Source: Balanoglossus misakiensis
Taxonomy: Eukaryota; Animalia; Hemichordata
DNA: 64,000 nucleotides
Direction of reading: 5' to 3'
NCBI GenBank assembly: GCA_040954595.2
Contig: CM082588.2
Span: 9,966,844 to 10,030,843, forward strand
Below the pieces are notes generated by a model, which made no database searches, had not been told where the DNA came from, and saw only the letters and a list, made by a program, of their open reading frames with translations. The translations under genes and the position numbers were made by a program. This document shows positions 50,086 through 64,000 of the stretch, in pieces (position 1 is the first letter of the stretch; each line of letters begins with the position of its first letter).

Positions 50086-50479
50086 ATATACTTATATACT
50101 TATATACTTATATATTAGATGAAACACCGAAAAAGGTATCAACTAGTTAGTGATTTTAGCCCGTGATTGCAATGTTTGATTGAAACGCGAAAAGCTGATC
50201 GATAGCTCTACATTGTGGTCTCCGAGGTCAAAGGTTGGCCGGTCATGGCGATACCATTATTAAAATAGGGGCCAGTCATCAAAACGTAAGTGAGCCAAAA
50301 AACTACAGGTCAGATAAATTGTTTTCTCGTAAATTCAACATTAGAATCAAATTTGGCGTTGGAAACAAACGGCGGGTCGCCAGTTCCTGGTCTGGAGGCT
50401 GGTAGAGTCACGTCTTGAAGACTGGCCCCTATTTTAATAATGGCATTCCAGCATATGTCTCTATACCCGAATCGACAAT

Positions 50480-53400
50480 TAACATTACAGGACAGCTGAC
50501 GGATATAAAATTTATACTTTATAGAGAGGAACAAATTCAGACTTAAACATACTTTATATGTTTGTATTTTACAGCTGGGATACTTTTCTGTGCGTAAAGA
50601 TAAACACTGGTCGCAATAAATGACGTCGAGTGGTTTCAGTTGAATTCCATTTGTGCGAGGCAGGTGTGGACAGCATGCAAAGCGGCGTTGTTATTGGCGC
50701 GGTTCCTTTAAAGTGTTTTACTCTGTCATTCAGCGAGTTTTCTGACCGCGTATGAAGTTCGGTGTCCAGTGGCGTTGACGGCGTGTCATTCAGAAATCTA
50801 TGTTCAGTGTATTCAGTTCAAGACTGAAGTCAGCAAATGTTACAATTATTAGTTTGTTTGTGGAAGTTGGAAATGATGCAACAAGGATTCTTGAATGTAT
50901 TCGAGATTTTAAAAAGAAGATGTAGTGCTCTAAAGGGCCATTGTGACGACAATATTTTGCCCAACAGCTGTATAAACTGTTGCTCACGATAATTCCTGAC
51001 TTTATCGCGGTCTGGTTGAAAAATGTTTGTATGTTACTTGATTGTGGTGGAGTGTTTTTCTGCCGACTAAACAAACATTCTGTGCCATATATTAAGTGTG
51101 TTGAGTGGTTTCCGCCAAAGTCTATACGCATAAAGTCAATAGATTAAACAGTATTTAATCGTTAAGAGATGCCCCCCCCCCCCGTTACGCTTATACATTT
51201 CAACACATATATGCACAAACGAATGGACAATTTGCATTACAAAACAGCTGGTAAAATTCATACTTGCATTTTATAGAGAAGAAAAAACTTAAAAGACTTA
51301 AACTTATATGCTGATAGTTTACAGCAGGGGTATTTTGTGTGTGTAAAGGTAAACACTAATAGCAATAAATGACGTCGAGTGGTTTCGGTTGAATTCCATT
51401 TGTGCAAGGCAGTGGTGGACAGCAATAAACCATGCAAAGTAGCGCTGTTATCAATGCGGTTTCCATAAAGTTGTCTGCTCCGTCATTCAGCGAGTATTCT
51501 GACTGTGTATGCAGGTCGACATCCAGTGGCTTTGACGGCGTGGCATTCGGCGGTAAGTGTAATAAGACTAAAGTTAGCTAATTTGCCAATTATTACTTTG
51601 TATGTAGGAATTAATGTTTTGAAATGATGCCACGAGTCTTCTTGAATTTAATTGACATTATAAAATGCTGATGTTGGCTGGCAAAAGTAAATTCTCAGTT
51701 AATATCCTGAACATCTAAAAGAGTATTGCAATGAATGATCATTGTAATTTGTGGACATTATTTGCTTTATTTTTGTTTTAAAAGAACAAGTTCACATTGC
51801 ATTGCGACACTTTGTATTTAGTTTGCAAAGTGGTTAGACGTACGTAGTTTTGGAAGCAAAGCGGACAAAATACGGCTACATACAAGACACTTGACTATTC
51901 TGACACGCGATTCTGTTGACAGTACAGTGTGTCCTCGATGCAATCTACTGTGTACTCACACTCATGAATCTACTTAACGTGTCAGGATTTACTGTTTTAC
52001 TTGTTCGAGCACAGTCATCACTGCTCGACTGAGCTTGTCAAGAAAGCCGAAACGGAGTAGCACAAAACCCCAAATCAATCATGCAACATTCACGTAAGAC
52101 AGCGATCTGCAGTCGAAATAGAATAGTACTGGACAAGTAACGGTTTAATTTATATGTGGACACATTTGTGAGACGTACATTCTGATTGGCTTCGTTTCGT
52201 CAACTCTGTAACTGGCCGATGAATGATTGATTAATTCTAAATATGAGAAATAAAACATTGTCTCTTCTGGCAACGCAGAAACTGTACAAGGGGATGGGGA
52301 ATAGTTTACGTCAATGTGTTGAATGCAAAACAGCTGTATGAATTCTAGCTCATGAAAATCCTGACTTTATCGCGATCTGGTTGAGAGGTGTTTTTCTATC
52401 CTGCTTGATTGTGAGTTTGAATGGCGGAGTATTTCTCTACCAACTAAAACATTCTGTGCTATAAAATGTGTTGAGTGGTTTCGGTATGCCATAAAGCCAA
52501 AACAATAAACAGTATACATGTATTTAATCTTTAAGACCCGAAGTAAATTTCTTCTGATTACAAGCTGAATAGATTGTTTGTATGACAATTAATTTCGAAA
52601 CGGATTCCACGGATCGGAATATCCACAAAAACAATTCTTGATGTACATATAATGCCAAACATCATAGCTGAAAGGTCACTTTACTCCTTTACCTCGTACC
52701 ACTGAGAGAGCGCTGATAACAGCAATCAAATCAATATTGGCTGACAATTTTATGAATACTGGTCTTGGTTTTAATAAATCCTAGTCGAAAAGGATTAATG
52801 CGAATGAACGGTGCTGATAAAGATGACAGAATTAACACTGGTACACATGCAATCTCACTGACTCCAAATAAAATCAGATGAAGGTGTTGATGAAGGCCAT
52901 TCTCTATGACAATAATAACTGCAAGCAATTGCTTATCTACATTACACGTGTTAGGGCGTTGAATCCGATTGACTCGTTAGCGACAAGAGGGAGGACAACA
53001 GTAGTACAGGGATGGAAATCAAAAATTGGATTTACCCGTCTAAAACTGTTAGTCAATGTGGGTCTTATGATTTATGGATATTATATGTAAACTTGAATTA
53101 AGCAATAACCCCCGCCGCAGGCGGGTATACACGAGATTTGGGTACAATTCGAGACATATAGCACGAGCCGTCAGGCGAGTGCTATATGGAGCGAATTGTA
53201 CCCAAATCGAGTGTATACCCGACTGAGGCGGGGGTTATTGCTATTACATTATATCAACAACTGTTTTTGTGGCATATCAGTGTCATTTTCTTACCGAAAC
53301 GGTGTCAGAAAGAGAAATTACGATCGTGAACCAACATGGCGACGACGAATGTAAACACGAGCGGCCGGGATCGAGCATTAAACATGAAGCAGACGACAAA

Positions 53401-56400
53401 AAGTGACAAGACGGGCATCGCGCGTGGCAAAGCGACAAATATATCCACAGAGCAGTTCCAAAATAAAACGTCCGTTAATTCAACATTATTTTTGTTTTAT
53501 TTATTTGGTTTAAACACGCGCGACTGTGGTTTAGCCCACATTTTGCTGCCGTATGCTAGTTCAGGGGCCCGTTTTACCACTGCTAGCCATGGTAAAACAG
53601 TATTTTACCATTGCTGGATTCAGCTCTCGTCCAATCAGAATCGCGGATGGTAGCATGATATAATATAATTAGCCTTCTTCAAGTTGGCGTTTATCCGTTA
53701 TACGACTTAGTTCATGTTTAAGTTATTTTTTTTTTCAATACACGCGCGGTTATCCAACGTGTGACAAAAAAAACTGAGAAGTCCCGGTCTCTCATGACGA
53801 CATTTTATTTACAATTTTTCTGGTTACACGTATTTAACCTTTTCGCTGATTTGTTGTAAACTAACTTTTTATGAGCAGCAGGTCCTAGCTTGAGATTAAC
53901 ACATGTTGAAATACATGCCTGTGTTACTTTGTAGTCATTCTGATAATGCGTCTATAAACATGGCAGACCGGAGTCATGCAATATAAATGAATGATGACCT
54001 CTGACCCGACATGAGTTCCTTCAAGGTGACGCAGGTATGGCGCCAGCCTTTCACAATATATGTGACAGCTGGGCTGACATAGCTATATAATGTGCTGTAG
54101 ACACAATTTCGTCTGACTGGGCCTGCAATTTAGGCCTGTCCTGGCCCAATTTTCTAAAAAATAATACCCCTTGAAATACAATATTCTACTCAATATGTCA
54201 TGATTGACTGTATACTTGTTCGAGCGGTGTCCTTTTGACAGTCAGACCTGAGCGACTCTACTGAAGTCTCCGGATAATAAGCGGACACGAGCAAAAGGAT
54301 TTACACACGGTCACTCCTCGACTGTTATTTACACCATCGCCGAAACGGAGCAGCGAATCACCAAACACTCACGCAGGACAGCGATCTGTAGTAGAAAAAA
54401 ATAATACCAATCGGCAAGGCAAAGTAACTGTTAAAATTTGCATTTCGATACATTTATGAGACGCACGTTCTGATTGGTTCTATTTCGCCAGCGCTCGAAT
54501 AGTCTAGAAGTTGTGATGTAACTAGCGCCCCCTTGTAGTCAATCACATAAACCGAACACTGGTGATTGGGCGTTACATTATAGTAAAGGTGGGGCTAATT
54601 AAAAATTTAACCCATCCTTAATTACACTCATGTATATCATTTGTCCAATCCTAACAGTGTGGAATTGACTTCAGAGGGTCGCTAGTTACATCACAATTCC
54701 CAGGTTTTATTGGGCCAGTGGCATGTAGTAGCATGCATGACTCTAGACATAATTTTGAAAGCAAAGCGGACAAAATACGGCTAGATACTAAACTAGTATA
54801 ATTAAAAACATGCGAAATAAACCACGGCCTCTTTTGGCAACTCAGAAACTGTTGCTCTAAAGGGGCCATGGTTGCGACAATATTTTGCCAACCTGCTATA
54901 TAAAATGTAGCTCACGATAATTCCTGACTTTATCGCGAACTGGTTGAAAAATGTTTGTAGCTACTTGATTGTGGTGGGGTGTTTTTCTGCCGACTAAACA
55001 AACACTCTGTGCTATATATTAAGTGTGTTGAGTGGTTTCCGTCAAAGACTATACGCGTAAAGCCAATAGAACAAACAGTATTTAATCTTTAAGACCCAAA
55101 GTAAATTGCTTCTGATACGTACCTGTACATACCAAGCTGAACAGACAGCATGTCAATAAACTTCAAAGTAAACTATCGGATTATCCAAAAAAAAAATACC
55201 TAGATCAACAATACCTAAAGAATAGTCACAGAAACCTCATGAATGGAAGGCCAAACTTATGTTCTTGTGTGGGCAGGGATGTCATTTACACTTCTTTACT
55301 TAGTACATGAGTGAGTGTGAATGCACTGATATGAACAACACTACAATCGATGTTGGTAATTAGGAACAATAGTCAAAGTTTACGTTTTAATTCTAAAAGT
55401 ATGAATGCAGTTGAGCAGTGCTGATAACATTTACACACTAGACACTGATACACATGGAGTCTCACTGACTCCAACATGTAATCAGATGCAGGTGAAGGCC
55501 ATTCTCTGTTGATAAGAGCAATAAAATTGATCGACACTTTTATGCCAACTGGCCAATGTTTGCCTAAAAAATTTGCTAACGTGGGTCTTATACTGTTGTT
55601 CTTGTTAACTTTGCAAGCAGTTGACTAATAAAACATTAATCTTCGTTGCACATAGGAGGGCGTTGAATCCGATTGACTTGGTAGCGACAAGAGGGAGGAC
55701 AACAGTAGTACAGGATTAGAAATCCAAACTTAGGCTGAACCGTCTAAACTTTTATCAACGTGGGTCTTATACTGTTGTTCTTATCAGTGCGTTTGTTGTG
55801 GGTGACGTGTCAATTGCCCTTCTTTAAACATGTCTCAGCTCACAAATTATAGATTGATGTTGATTTTTTTAGTTTATTAGTTTTTTAGTTTATAACTTTA
55901 GTCTCCATGTTTTTTCTGTTATCGCATGCATGCCCCTTTACGATAATGTGCATTTACACACGGCCCAATATTTTTGGATTTTGATTTGCCCTCTTTGAGG
56001 AAAAAAGAGTATTCGTGGACATGACATCGTTTATTCCTGTTTAAATAAATATAAACATTTTGACCGACCCTAGACTTTAAAAACATGCGAAATAAACCAC
56101 AGCCTCGTTTGGCAACTCAGAAACTGTTGCTCTGAAGGGGCCATGGTTGCGACAATATTTTGCCAAACAGCTGTATGACCTGAGGCTCACCTGAGATTAT
56201 CGCGATCTTGCTGAAAACAATGTTTGTAGCTATTTGATTGTGGTGGAGTGTTTTACTGCCGACTAAACAAACACCCTGTGCTATATATTAAGTGTGTTGA
56301 GTGGTTTCCGTCAAAGTCTATACGCGTAAAGCCAATAGAACAAACAGTATTTATTCTTTAAGACACAAAGCTCAACAGACAGCATGTCAATAAACTTCAA

Positions 56401-59400
56401 ACTAAACCATCGGAATATCAAGAACAATAGTTACAGAAACCTCATGAATGGAAGGCCAAACTTATGACTTTTATAGTGGTCTTGTGTGGACAGGGATGTC
56501 ATTTACACTTCTTTACATAGTACATGAAAGAGTGTGAACGCGCTGATATGAACAACAATTCAATCGATGTTGGCTAATAGGAACCATAGTCAAAGTTAAA
56601 GTTTTAATTCTAAAAGTATGAATGCAGTTGAGCAGTGCTGATAACAGTTACACACAGGACACTGGTACACATGGAGTCTCACTGACTCCAACATGTAAGA
56701 AGGCCATTCTCTATTGATAAGAGCAATACAATTGACCGACATTTTTTGACAACTGGTCAATGTTAGGTCTTATACCGTTGTTCTTATCAGTGCGTGTATT
56801 GTGGTCTTGTGTCAATTTCGTTTCTTCGAACATGTCTAACCTCACAAATTCTAGATTTGAGAGCCTCATCACTCCCCCCCCCATTTGTGCTGAATTTATC
56901 TTCCCCATTTTTGTAATATCTCCAAATTCCAGGGATGACCCCCCCCCCCCCGCTATGCTAATACATTCCAACGCATATAGGTACAAAATAATCAACAATA
57001 TGCAATACAAGAGAGCTGATAAAATTCATACTTGTTTTTTATAGAGAAGAACATTTTTAGACTTAAACTATTTCATGCTTATAGTTTACAGCTGGGGTAT
57101 TTTGTGTGTGTAAAGGTAAACAGTAGTTGCAATAAATGTTGTCGAGTGGTTTCAGTTGAATTCCATCTGTGCGAGGCAGTGGTGAACAGCAATAAACCTT
57201 GCAAAGTGACGCTGTTATCAATGCGGTTCCTTTAAAGTTGTCTGCTCTGTCATTCAGCGAGTTTTCTGACCGTGTATACAGGTCGGTGTCCAGTGGCGTT
57301 GACGGTGTGCCATTAAGAAATCTATGTTGAGTGTATTCAGTTCAAGACTGAAGTCAGCTACAATTATTAGTTTGTTTGTGGAAGTTGGAAATGATACAAC
57401 AAGGATTCTTGAATTTAGTCGAGATTTTAAAAAGAAGATGTAGTGCTCTAAAGGGGCCATTGTTGCGACAATATTTTGCCAAACAGCTGTGACCTGTAGC
57501 TCACGATAATTCCTGACTTTATCGCGATCTGGTTGAAAAATGTTTGTATGTTACTTGATTGTGGTGGTGTGTTTTTCTGCCGACTAAACAAACATTCTGT
57601 GCTATATATTAAGTGTGTTGAGTGGTTTCTGTCAAAGTCTATACGCGTAAGGCCAATAGAACAAACATCATTTAATCTTTACGACCCAAATTAAACTGCT
57701 TCTAATACGTACCTGTACATACCAAGCTGAACAGACAGCATACCAATAAACTTCAAACTAAACCACCAGAATATCGAAAACAACAATACCTAAAGAATAG
57801 TCACAGAAACCTCATGAATGGAAGGCCAAACTTATGACTTTTATAGTGGTCTTGTGTGGACAGGGACTTCTTTACATGGTACATGAAAGAGTGTAAACGC
57901 ACTGATATGAACAACAATTCAATCGATGTTGGCTAATATGAACAAGAGTCAAAGTTTAAGTTTTAATTTTAAAATTATGAATGCAGTTGAGCAGTGCTGA
58001 TAACAGTTACACACTGGACACTGGTACACATGGAGTCTCACTGACTCCAACATGTAATCAGATGCAGAAGAAGGCCATTCTCTGTTGATAAGAGTTATAC
58101 AATTGGCCGACAGTTTTTGACAACTGGTCAATGTTAGGTCTTATACCGCTGTTCTTATCAGTGCGTGTATTGTGGTCTTGTGTCAATTTCCTTTCTTCAA
58201 GCTACGTGATTGTGGTGGAGTGTTTCTCTGCCGTCTAAACAAACATTCTGTGCTATATCTTAAGTGTGTTCAGTGGTTTCCGTCAAAGTCTATACGCATA
58301 AAGTCAATAGATTAAACTGTATTTAGATGCCCCCCCCCCCCGCTACGCTAATACATTCCAACACATATATGCAGAAAAGAATTGACAATTTGCATTACAA
58401 AACTGCTGGTAAAACTCAAACTTGCATTTTATAGAGAAGAAAAAACTTTACACTTAAGCGTTATATGCTTATAGTTTACAGCAGGGGTATTCTGTGTGTG
58501 TAAAGGTAAACACTAGTTGCAATAAATGACGTCGAGTGGTTTCGGTTGAATTTCATTTGTGCGAGGCAGTGGTGGACAGCAATAAACCATGCAAAGCGGC
58601 GTTGTTATCAATGCGGTTCCTTTAAAGTTGTCTGCTCTGTCATACAGCGAGTATTCTGACCGTGTATGCAGGTCGACGTCTAGTGGCTTTGACGGCGTGT
58701 CATTCAGAACTCGGCGGTAAGCGTAATAAGACTAAAGTTAGCTAATTTACCAATTATTAGTTTGTATGTAGGAATTAATATTTTGAAATGATGCCACAAG
58801 CCTTCTTGAATTTAATTGACATTATAAAATGATGATTGGCTGGCAAAAGTAAATTCTCAGTTTATATCATGAACATCTAAAACATTATTGTAACGAATGA
58901 TCATTGCAATTATTTTTGTTTTCAAAGAACAGTTCACAGTGCATTGCGACACTTTTTGTTTACGTTGCAAAGTGGTGCACCCCTTACAGAAAGTTCCATA
59001 GATTTTCCATAATGTATTAATTGCAATTTTTTTACAACATTAACGATAATCGAACGAAAATCTACCGAAGATCTGAGGACTTTTTCCGTGGCCATGTAGC
59101 CACGCAATCCTGTAGACAGTGCAGTGTGTCCTCGATGTAATCTTCTGTGGAACATATGTGTACTCACACTCATGAAGCTACTCAACGTGTCAGGATTTAC
59201 CGTTGTACTTGTTCGAGCACTGTCATCACTGCTCGACTGAGCTTGCCAAGAAAACGGAGTAGCACAAAACCCCAAATCAATCATGCAACATTCACGTAAG
59301 ACAGCGATGTGTAGTCGAAATAGAATAGTACTGGCTCCGTTTCGTCAACTCTGTAACTGGCCGATGAATGATTGATTAATTCTAAACATGAGAAATAAAA

Positions 59401-62400
59401 CATGGGGTGGGGAATAATTTACGTCAATGTGTTGAATGCAAAACGGCTGTATGAATTCTAGCTCATGATAATTCTGACATTATCACGATCTTTTTGAGAA
59501 GTGTTTCTATCCTGCTTGATTGTGTGCTTGAATGGTGGAGTATTTCTCTACCAACTGTGTTGAGTGGTTTCGGTATGCCATAAAGCCAATACAATAAACA
59601 GTATACATGTATTTAATCTTTAAGACCCGAAGTAAATTTCTTCTGATTACAAGCTGAATAAATTGTTTGTATGACAATTAATTTCAAAACGGATTCCACG
59701 GATCGGAATATCCACAACAACAATTCTTGATGTACATATAGTCCAAAACATCATAGCTGAAAGGTCAAATTTACGAATACATTTTATAGTGGTCATGTCA
59801 CAAATATCCCCCATACTCCTTTACTTTGTACCACTGAGAGAGCGCTGATAACAGCAATAAAATCAATATTGGCTGACAATTTTATGAATACTGGTCTTGG
59901 TTTCAATAAATTCTAGTCTAAAAGGATTAATGCGAATTAACGGTGCTGATAAAGATAATTAACACTGGTCCACATGCAATCTCACTGACTCCAATTATAA
60001 TCAGATAAAGGTGTTGATGAAGGCCATTCTCTATGACAATAATAACTGCAAGCAATTGCCAAGCAAACTGTTATCTACATTACACGCGTTAGGACTCCAA
60101 ATGAAATCAGATGCAGATTTTGCAAGCAGTTGACTAATAAAACATTTATCTTCGTTGCACATAGGAGGGCGTTGAATACAACAGTAGTACAGGATTAGAA
60201 ATCCAAACTTAGGCTGAACTGTCTAAACTTTTGTCAACGTGGGTCTTATACTGTTTTTCTTATCAGTGCGTTTGGTGTGGGTGACGTGTCAATTGCCCTT
60301 CTTTAAACACGTCTCAGCTCACAAATTCTAGATTGATGTTGATTTGTTTTAGTTTATTAGTTTTTTAGTTTATAACTTTAGTCTCCATGTTTTTTCTGTT
60401 ATCGCATGCATGCCCCTTTACGATAATATGCATTTACACACGGCCACATTTATTTTTATTTTGATTTGCCCTCTTCCAGGAAAAAAGAGTATTCGTGAAC
60501 ATGACATCGTTTATTCCTGTTTAAATAAATATGAACATTTTGACCGAACGTAAACGTTAAAAACCAGAATATTGAAAACAACAATACCTAAAGAATAGTC
60601 ACAGAAACCTCATTAATTGAAGGCCAAACTTGTGTTCTTGTGTGGACAGGGGTGTCATTTACACTTCTTTACATAGTACATGAAAGAGTGTAAACGCGCT
60701 GATATGAACAACAATTCAATCGATGTTGGCTAATAGGAACCATAGTCAAAGTTAAATTAATTCTAACAGTATGAATGCAGTTGAGCAGTGCTGATAACAA
60801 TTACACACTTAACACTGGTACACATGGAGTCTCACTGACTCCAACATGTAAGAAGGCCATTCTCTATTGATAAGAGCAATACAATTGACCGACATTTTTT
60901 GACAACTGGTCAATGTTAGGTCTTATACCGCTGTTCTTATCAGTGCGTGTATTGTGGTCTTGTGTCAATTTCCTTTCTTCGAACATGTCTAACCTCACAG
61001 ATTTTAGATTTGAGAGCCTCATCACCCCCCCCCCCATTTGTGCTGAATTTATCTTCCCCATTTTTGTAATATCTCCAAATTCCAGGGCTGACCCCCCCCC
61101 CCCCGCTATGCTAATACATTCCAACACATATAGGTACAAAAGAATCAACAATATGCATTACAAGACAGCTGATAAAATTCATACTTGTTTTTTTATAGAG
61201 AAGAACATTGTTAGACTTAAACTTTTTCTGCTTATAGTTTACAGCTGAGGTATTTTGTGTGTGTAAAGGTAAACAGTAGTTGCAATAAATGTCGTCGAGT
61301 GGTTTCAGTTGAATTCCATTTGTGTGGGGCAGTGGTGAACAGCAATAAACCATGCAAAGTGGCGCTGTTATCAATGCGGTTCCTTTAAAGTTGTCTGCTC
61401 TGTCATTTAAGTTTTCTGATCGTGTATGCAGGTCGGTGTCCAGTGGCGTTGACGGCCTGTCATTAAGAAATCTATGTTGAGTTTATTCAGTTCAAGACTG
61501 CATGAAGTCAGCTAATGTTACAATTATTAGTTTGTTTGTGGAAGTTGGAAATGATGCAACAAGGATTCTTGAATTTATTCGAGATTTTAAAAAGAAGATG
61601 GAGTGCTCTAAAGGGGCCATTGTTGCGACAATATTTTGCCAAACAGTTGTATGACGTGTAGCTCACGATAATTCCTGACTTTATCGTGATCTGGTTGAAA
61701 AAGTTTGTATGTTACTTGATTGTGGTGGAGTGTTTTTCTGCCGACTAAACAAACATTCTGTGCTATATATTAAGTGTGTTGAGTGGTTTCCGCCAAAGTC
61801 TATACGCATAAAGCCAATAGATTAAACAGTATTTAGTCCTATAGTATTTAATCTTTAAGAGATGCCCCCCCCCCGTTACGCTAATACATTCCAACACATA
61901 TATGCACAAAAGAATGGACAATTTGCATTACAAAACAGCTGGTAAAATCCATACTTGCATTTTGTAGACAAGAAAAAACTTTAGACATAAAATTTATGTG
62001 CTGATAGATTACAGCGGGGGTATTTTGTGTGTGTAAAGGTTAATACTAGTTGCAATAAATGACGTCGAGTGGTTTCGGTTGAATTCCATTTGTGCAAGGC
62101 AGTGGTGGACAGCAATAAACCATGCAAGGTGACGCTGTTATCAATGCGGTTCCTTTAATGTTGTCTGCTCTGTCATACAGCGACTATTCTGACCGTGTAT
62201 GCAGGTCGACGTCCAGTGGCTTTGACGGCGTGTCATTCAGAACTCGGCGGTAAGTGTAATAAGACAAAAGTTAGCTAATTTACCAATTATTGCTTTGTAT
62301 GTAGGAATTAATGTTTTGAAATGATGCAACGAGTCTTGAATTTAATTGACATTATAAAAAGATGATGTTGGCTGGCAAAAGTAAATTCTCAGTTAATATC

Positions 62401-63550
62401 CTGAACATCTAAAACAGTATTGCAATGAATGATCATTGTAATTTGTGGACGTATTTGCTTCACATTGCAGTTCACATTGCATTGCGACACTTTGTGTTTA
62501 CTTTGCAAAGTGGTTAGACGTACGTAGTTTTGGAAGCAAAGCGGACAAAATACAGCTAGATACTAGATACTTGACTATTCTGACACGCGATTCTGTAGAC
62601 AGTACAGTGTGTCCTCGATGCAATCTACTGTAGAACATATGTGTACTCACAGTCATGAATCTACTTAACGTGTCAGGATTTACCGTTGTACTTGTTCGAG
62701 CACTGTCATCACTGCTCGACTGAGCTTATCAAGAAAGCCGAAACGGAGTAGCACACAACCCCAAATCAATAATGCAACATTCACGTAAGACAGCGATCTG
62801 CAGTAGAAATAGAATAGTACTGGACAAGTCATGGTTTAATTTATATGTGAACACATTTGTGAGACGTACATTCTGATTGGCTCCGTTTCGTCAACTCTTT
62901 AACTGGCCGATGAATAATTGAATAATTCTAAACATGAGAAATAAAACACGGTCTCTTCTGGCAACGCAGAAACTGTACAGGGGGGAATAGTTTACGTCAA
63001 TGTGTTGAATGCAAAACAGCTGTATGAATTCTAGCTCATGATAATCCTGACGTTATCGCGATCTGGTTGAGAAGTGTTTCTATCCTGCTTGATTGTGTGT
63101 TTGAATGGCGGAGTATTTCTCTACCAACTAAAACATTCTGTGCTATAAAATGTGTTGAGTGGTTTCGGTATGCCATAAAGCCAAAACAATAAACAGTATA
63201 CATGTATTTAATCTTTAAGACCCTAAGTAAATTTCTTCTGATTACAAGCTGAATAGATTGTTTGTATGACAATCAATTTCAAAACGGATTCCACGGATCG
63301 GAATATCCACAATTCTCGATGTACATATAGTCCCAAACATCATAACTGAAAGGTCTAATTTATGAATACATTTTATAGTGGCCAGGTCACAAATATCCCC
63401 CATACTTCTTTACTTTGTACCACATAGAGAGCGCTGATAACAGCAATAAAATCAATATTGGCTGACAATTTTATGAATGCTGGTCTCGGTTTTAATAAAT
63501 CCTAGTCGAAAAGGATTAATGCGAATGAACGGTGCTGATAAAGATGACAC
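50480..63550. repeat. Diverged complex multi-kb tandem/segmental repeat, non-coding
   Basis: Blocks recur with substitutions and indels, e.g. ~50560-53090 vs ~57060-60100 vs ~61200-63550, and ~56400-57700 vs ~60560-61830. Related sequence also lies at ~32950-33060. Confidence 0.85.
53096..53670. mobile_element. Non-autonomous hairpin element (Crypton-like, tentative)
   Basis: A ~140-nt hairpin at 53101-53242 (agcaataacccccgcc...ggcgggggttattgct), a GC-richer body, and a ccaatcagaatcgcg..tgatataa end. It is absent from the sibling repeat copies. Confidence 0.55.
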
Positions 63551-64000
63551 AAGTAAAGGGTCTATGACATGCTTTAAAAAGTTTTCATTTTTCCACGTCA
63601 AAAGCTCACCTAGGGTACCTGTCTATGCATTGCTTATTGTGTCGGTTCCGAAAAATGTGCGCGAATGCCGGAATTTGCCCCCTTTTTTCATGCCTGTGAT
63701 CAGGAAGCCACTTCGCACTCGAGCCAGGCGAAGGTATTTGCATATGGTCAAACAAGTACACTAGGTCCTAGTAGTCCTGTTTACAGTAAAGTGTAATTAG
63801 CGGTCCATGAGTAATTAAGTCCACAGTCAAAGACAAGCTATATAAACAGTGTTCAAAGCAAAGGAAGCCCTTGCCTCACATTACAGGCAGAGGATTTACA
63901 AAGGTGTGAAAGACTATTTGTCCACATCAAGATAAGTCTTCGGCTTAACTTCGAAAAGCCGAAAAAAATCGACTGAGTTGGGTTAGGGGTACACGCCCAC

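Noticed and set aside
56711-61374. Paired ~95-110 aa ORFs in the complex repeat
   Set aside because: They recur only because the DNA is duplicated. They have no domain, inconsistent starts and ends, and C-run length differences.
63555-64000. Possible left end of another DNA element (taaagggtctatgacatg...)
   Set aside because: The sequence character changes here, but the other end is not visible in the window and there is no coding evidence.

Overview
AT-rich, intron-containing eukaryotic DNA made almost entirely of transposable elements and repeats. The repeat style suggests a marine invertebrate, but the organism cannot be fixed from the sequence alone. No ordinary host gene, rRNA, tRNA or CRISPR array is supported. 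From left to right: (1) SINE/MITE-rich local duplications; (2) a 10.9-kb Kolobok DNA transposon (3993-14896; 27-bp TIRs, TTAA TSD) with an internally deleted transposase, a convergent intact P2X7-ballast/KolX-like gene, a nested 5'-truncated LINE with a ~190-bp target duplication, and a nested MITE; (3) a decayed, partly duplicated P-element/THAP9-like transposase whose ~6-kb intron holds an antisense PIF1-helicase-PHD-finger gene; (4) the most unusual feature, a 16.3-kb element (33787-50085, ATAT TSD). It is bounded by a 177-bp TIR-bearing direct repeat that has expanded into a satellite-like array. It encodes a Sola-type transposase split into two divergently transcribed open ORFs, an intact spliced winged-helix+SET gene and a His-Me finger endonuclease; (5) a diverged complex repeat region containing a hairpin element. 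All family assignments come from motif recognition by eye, with no database searches.
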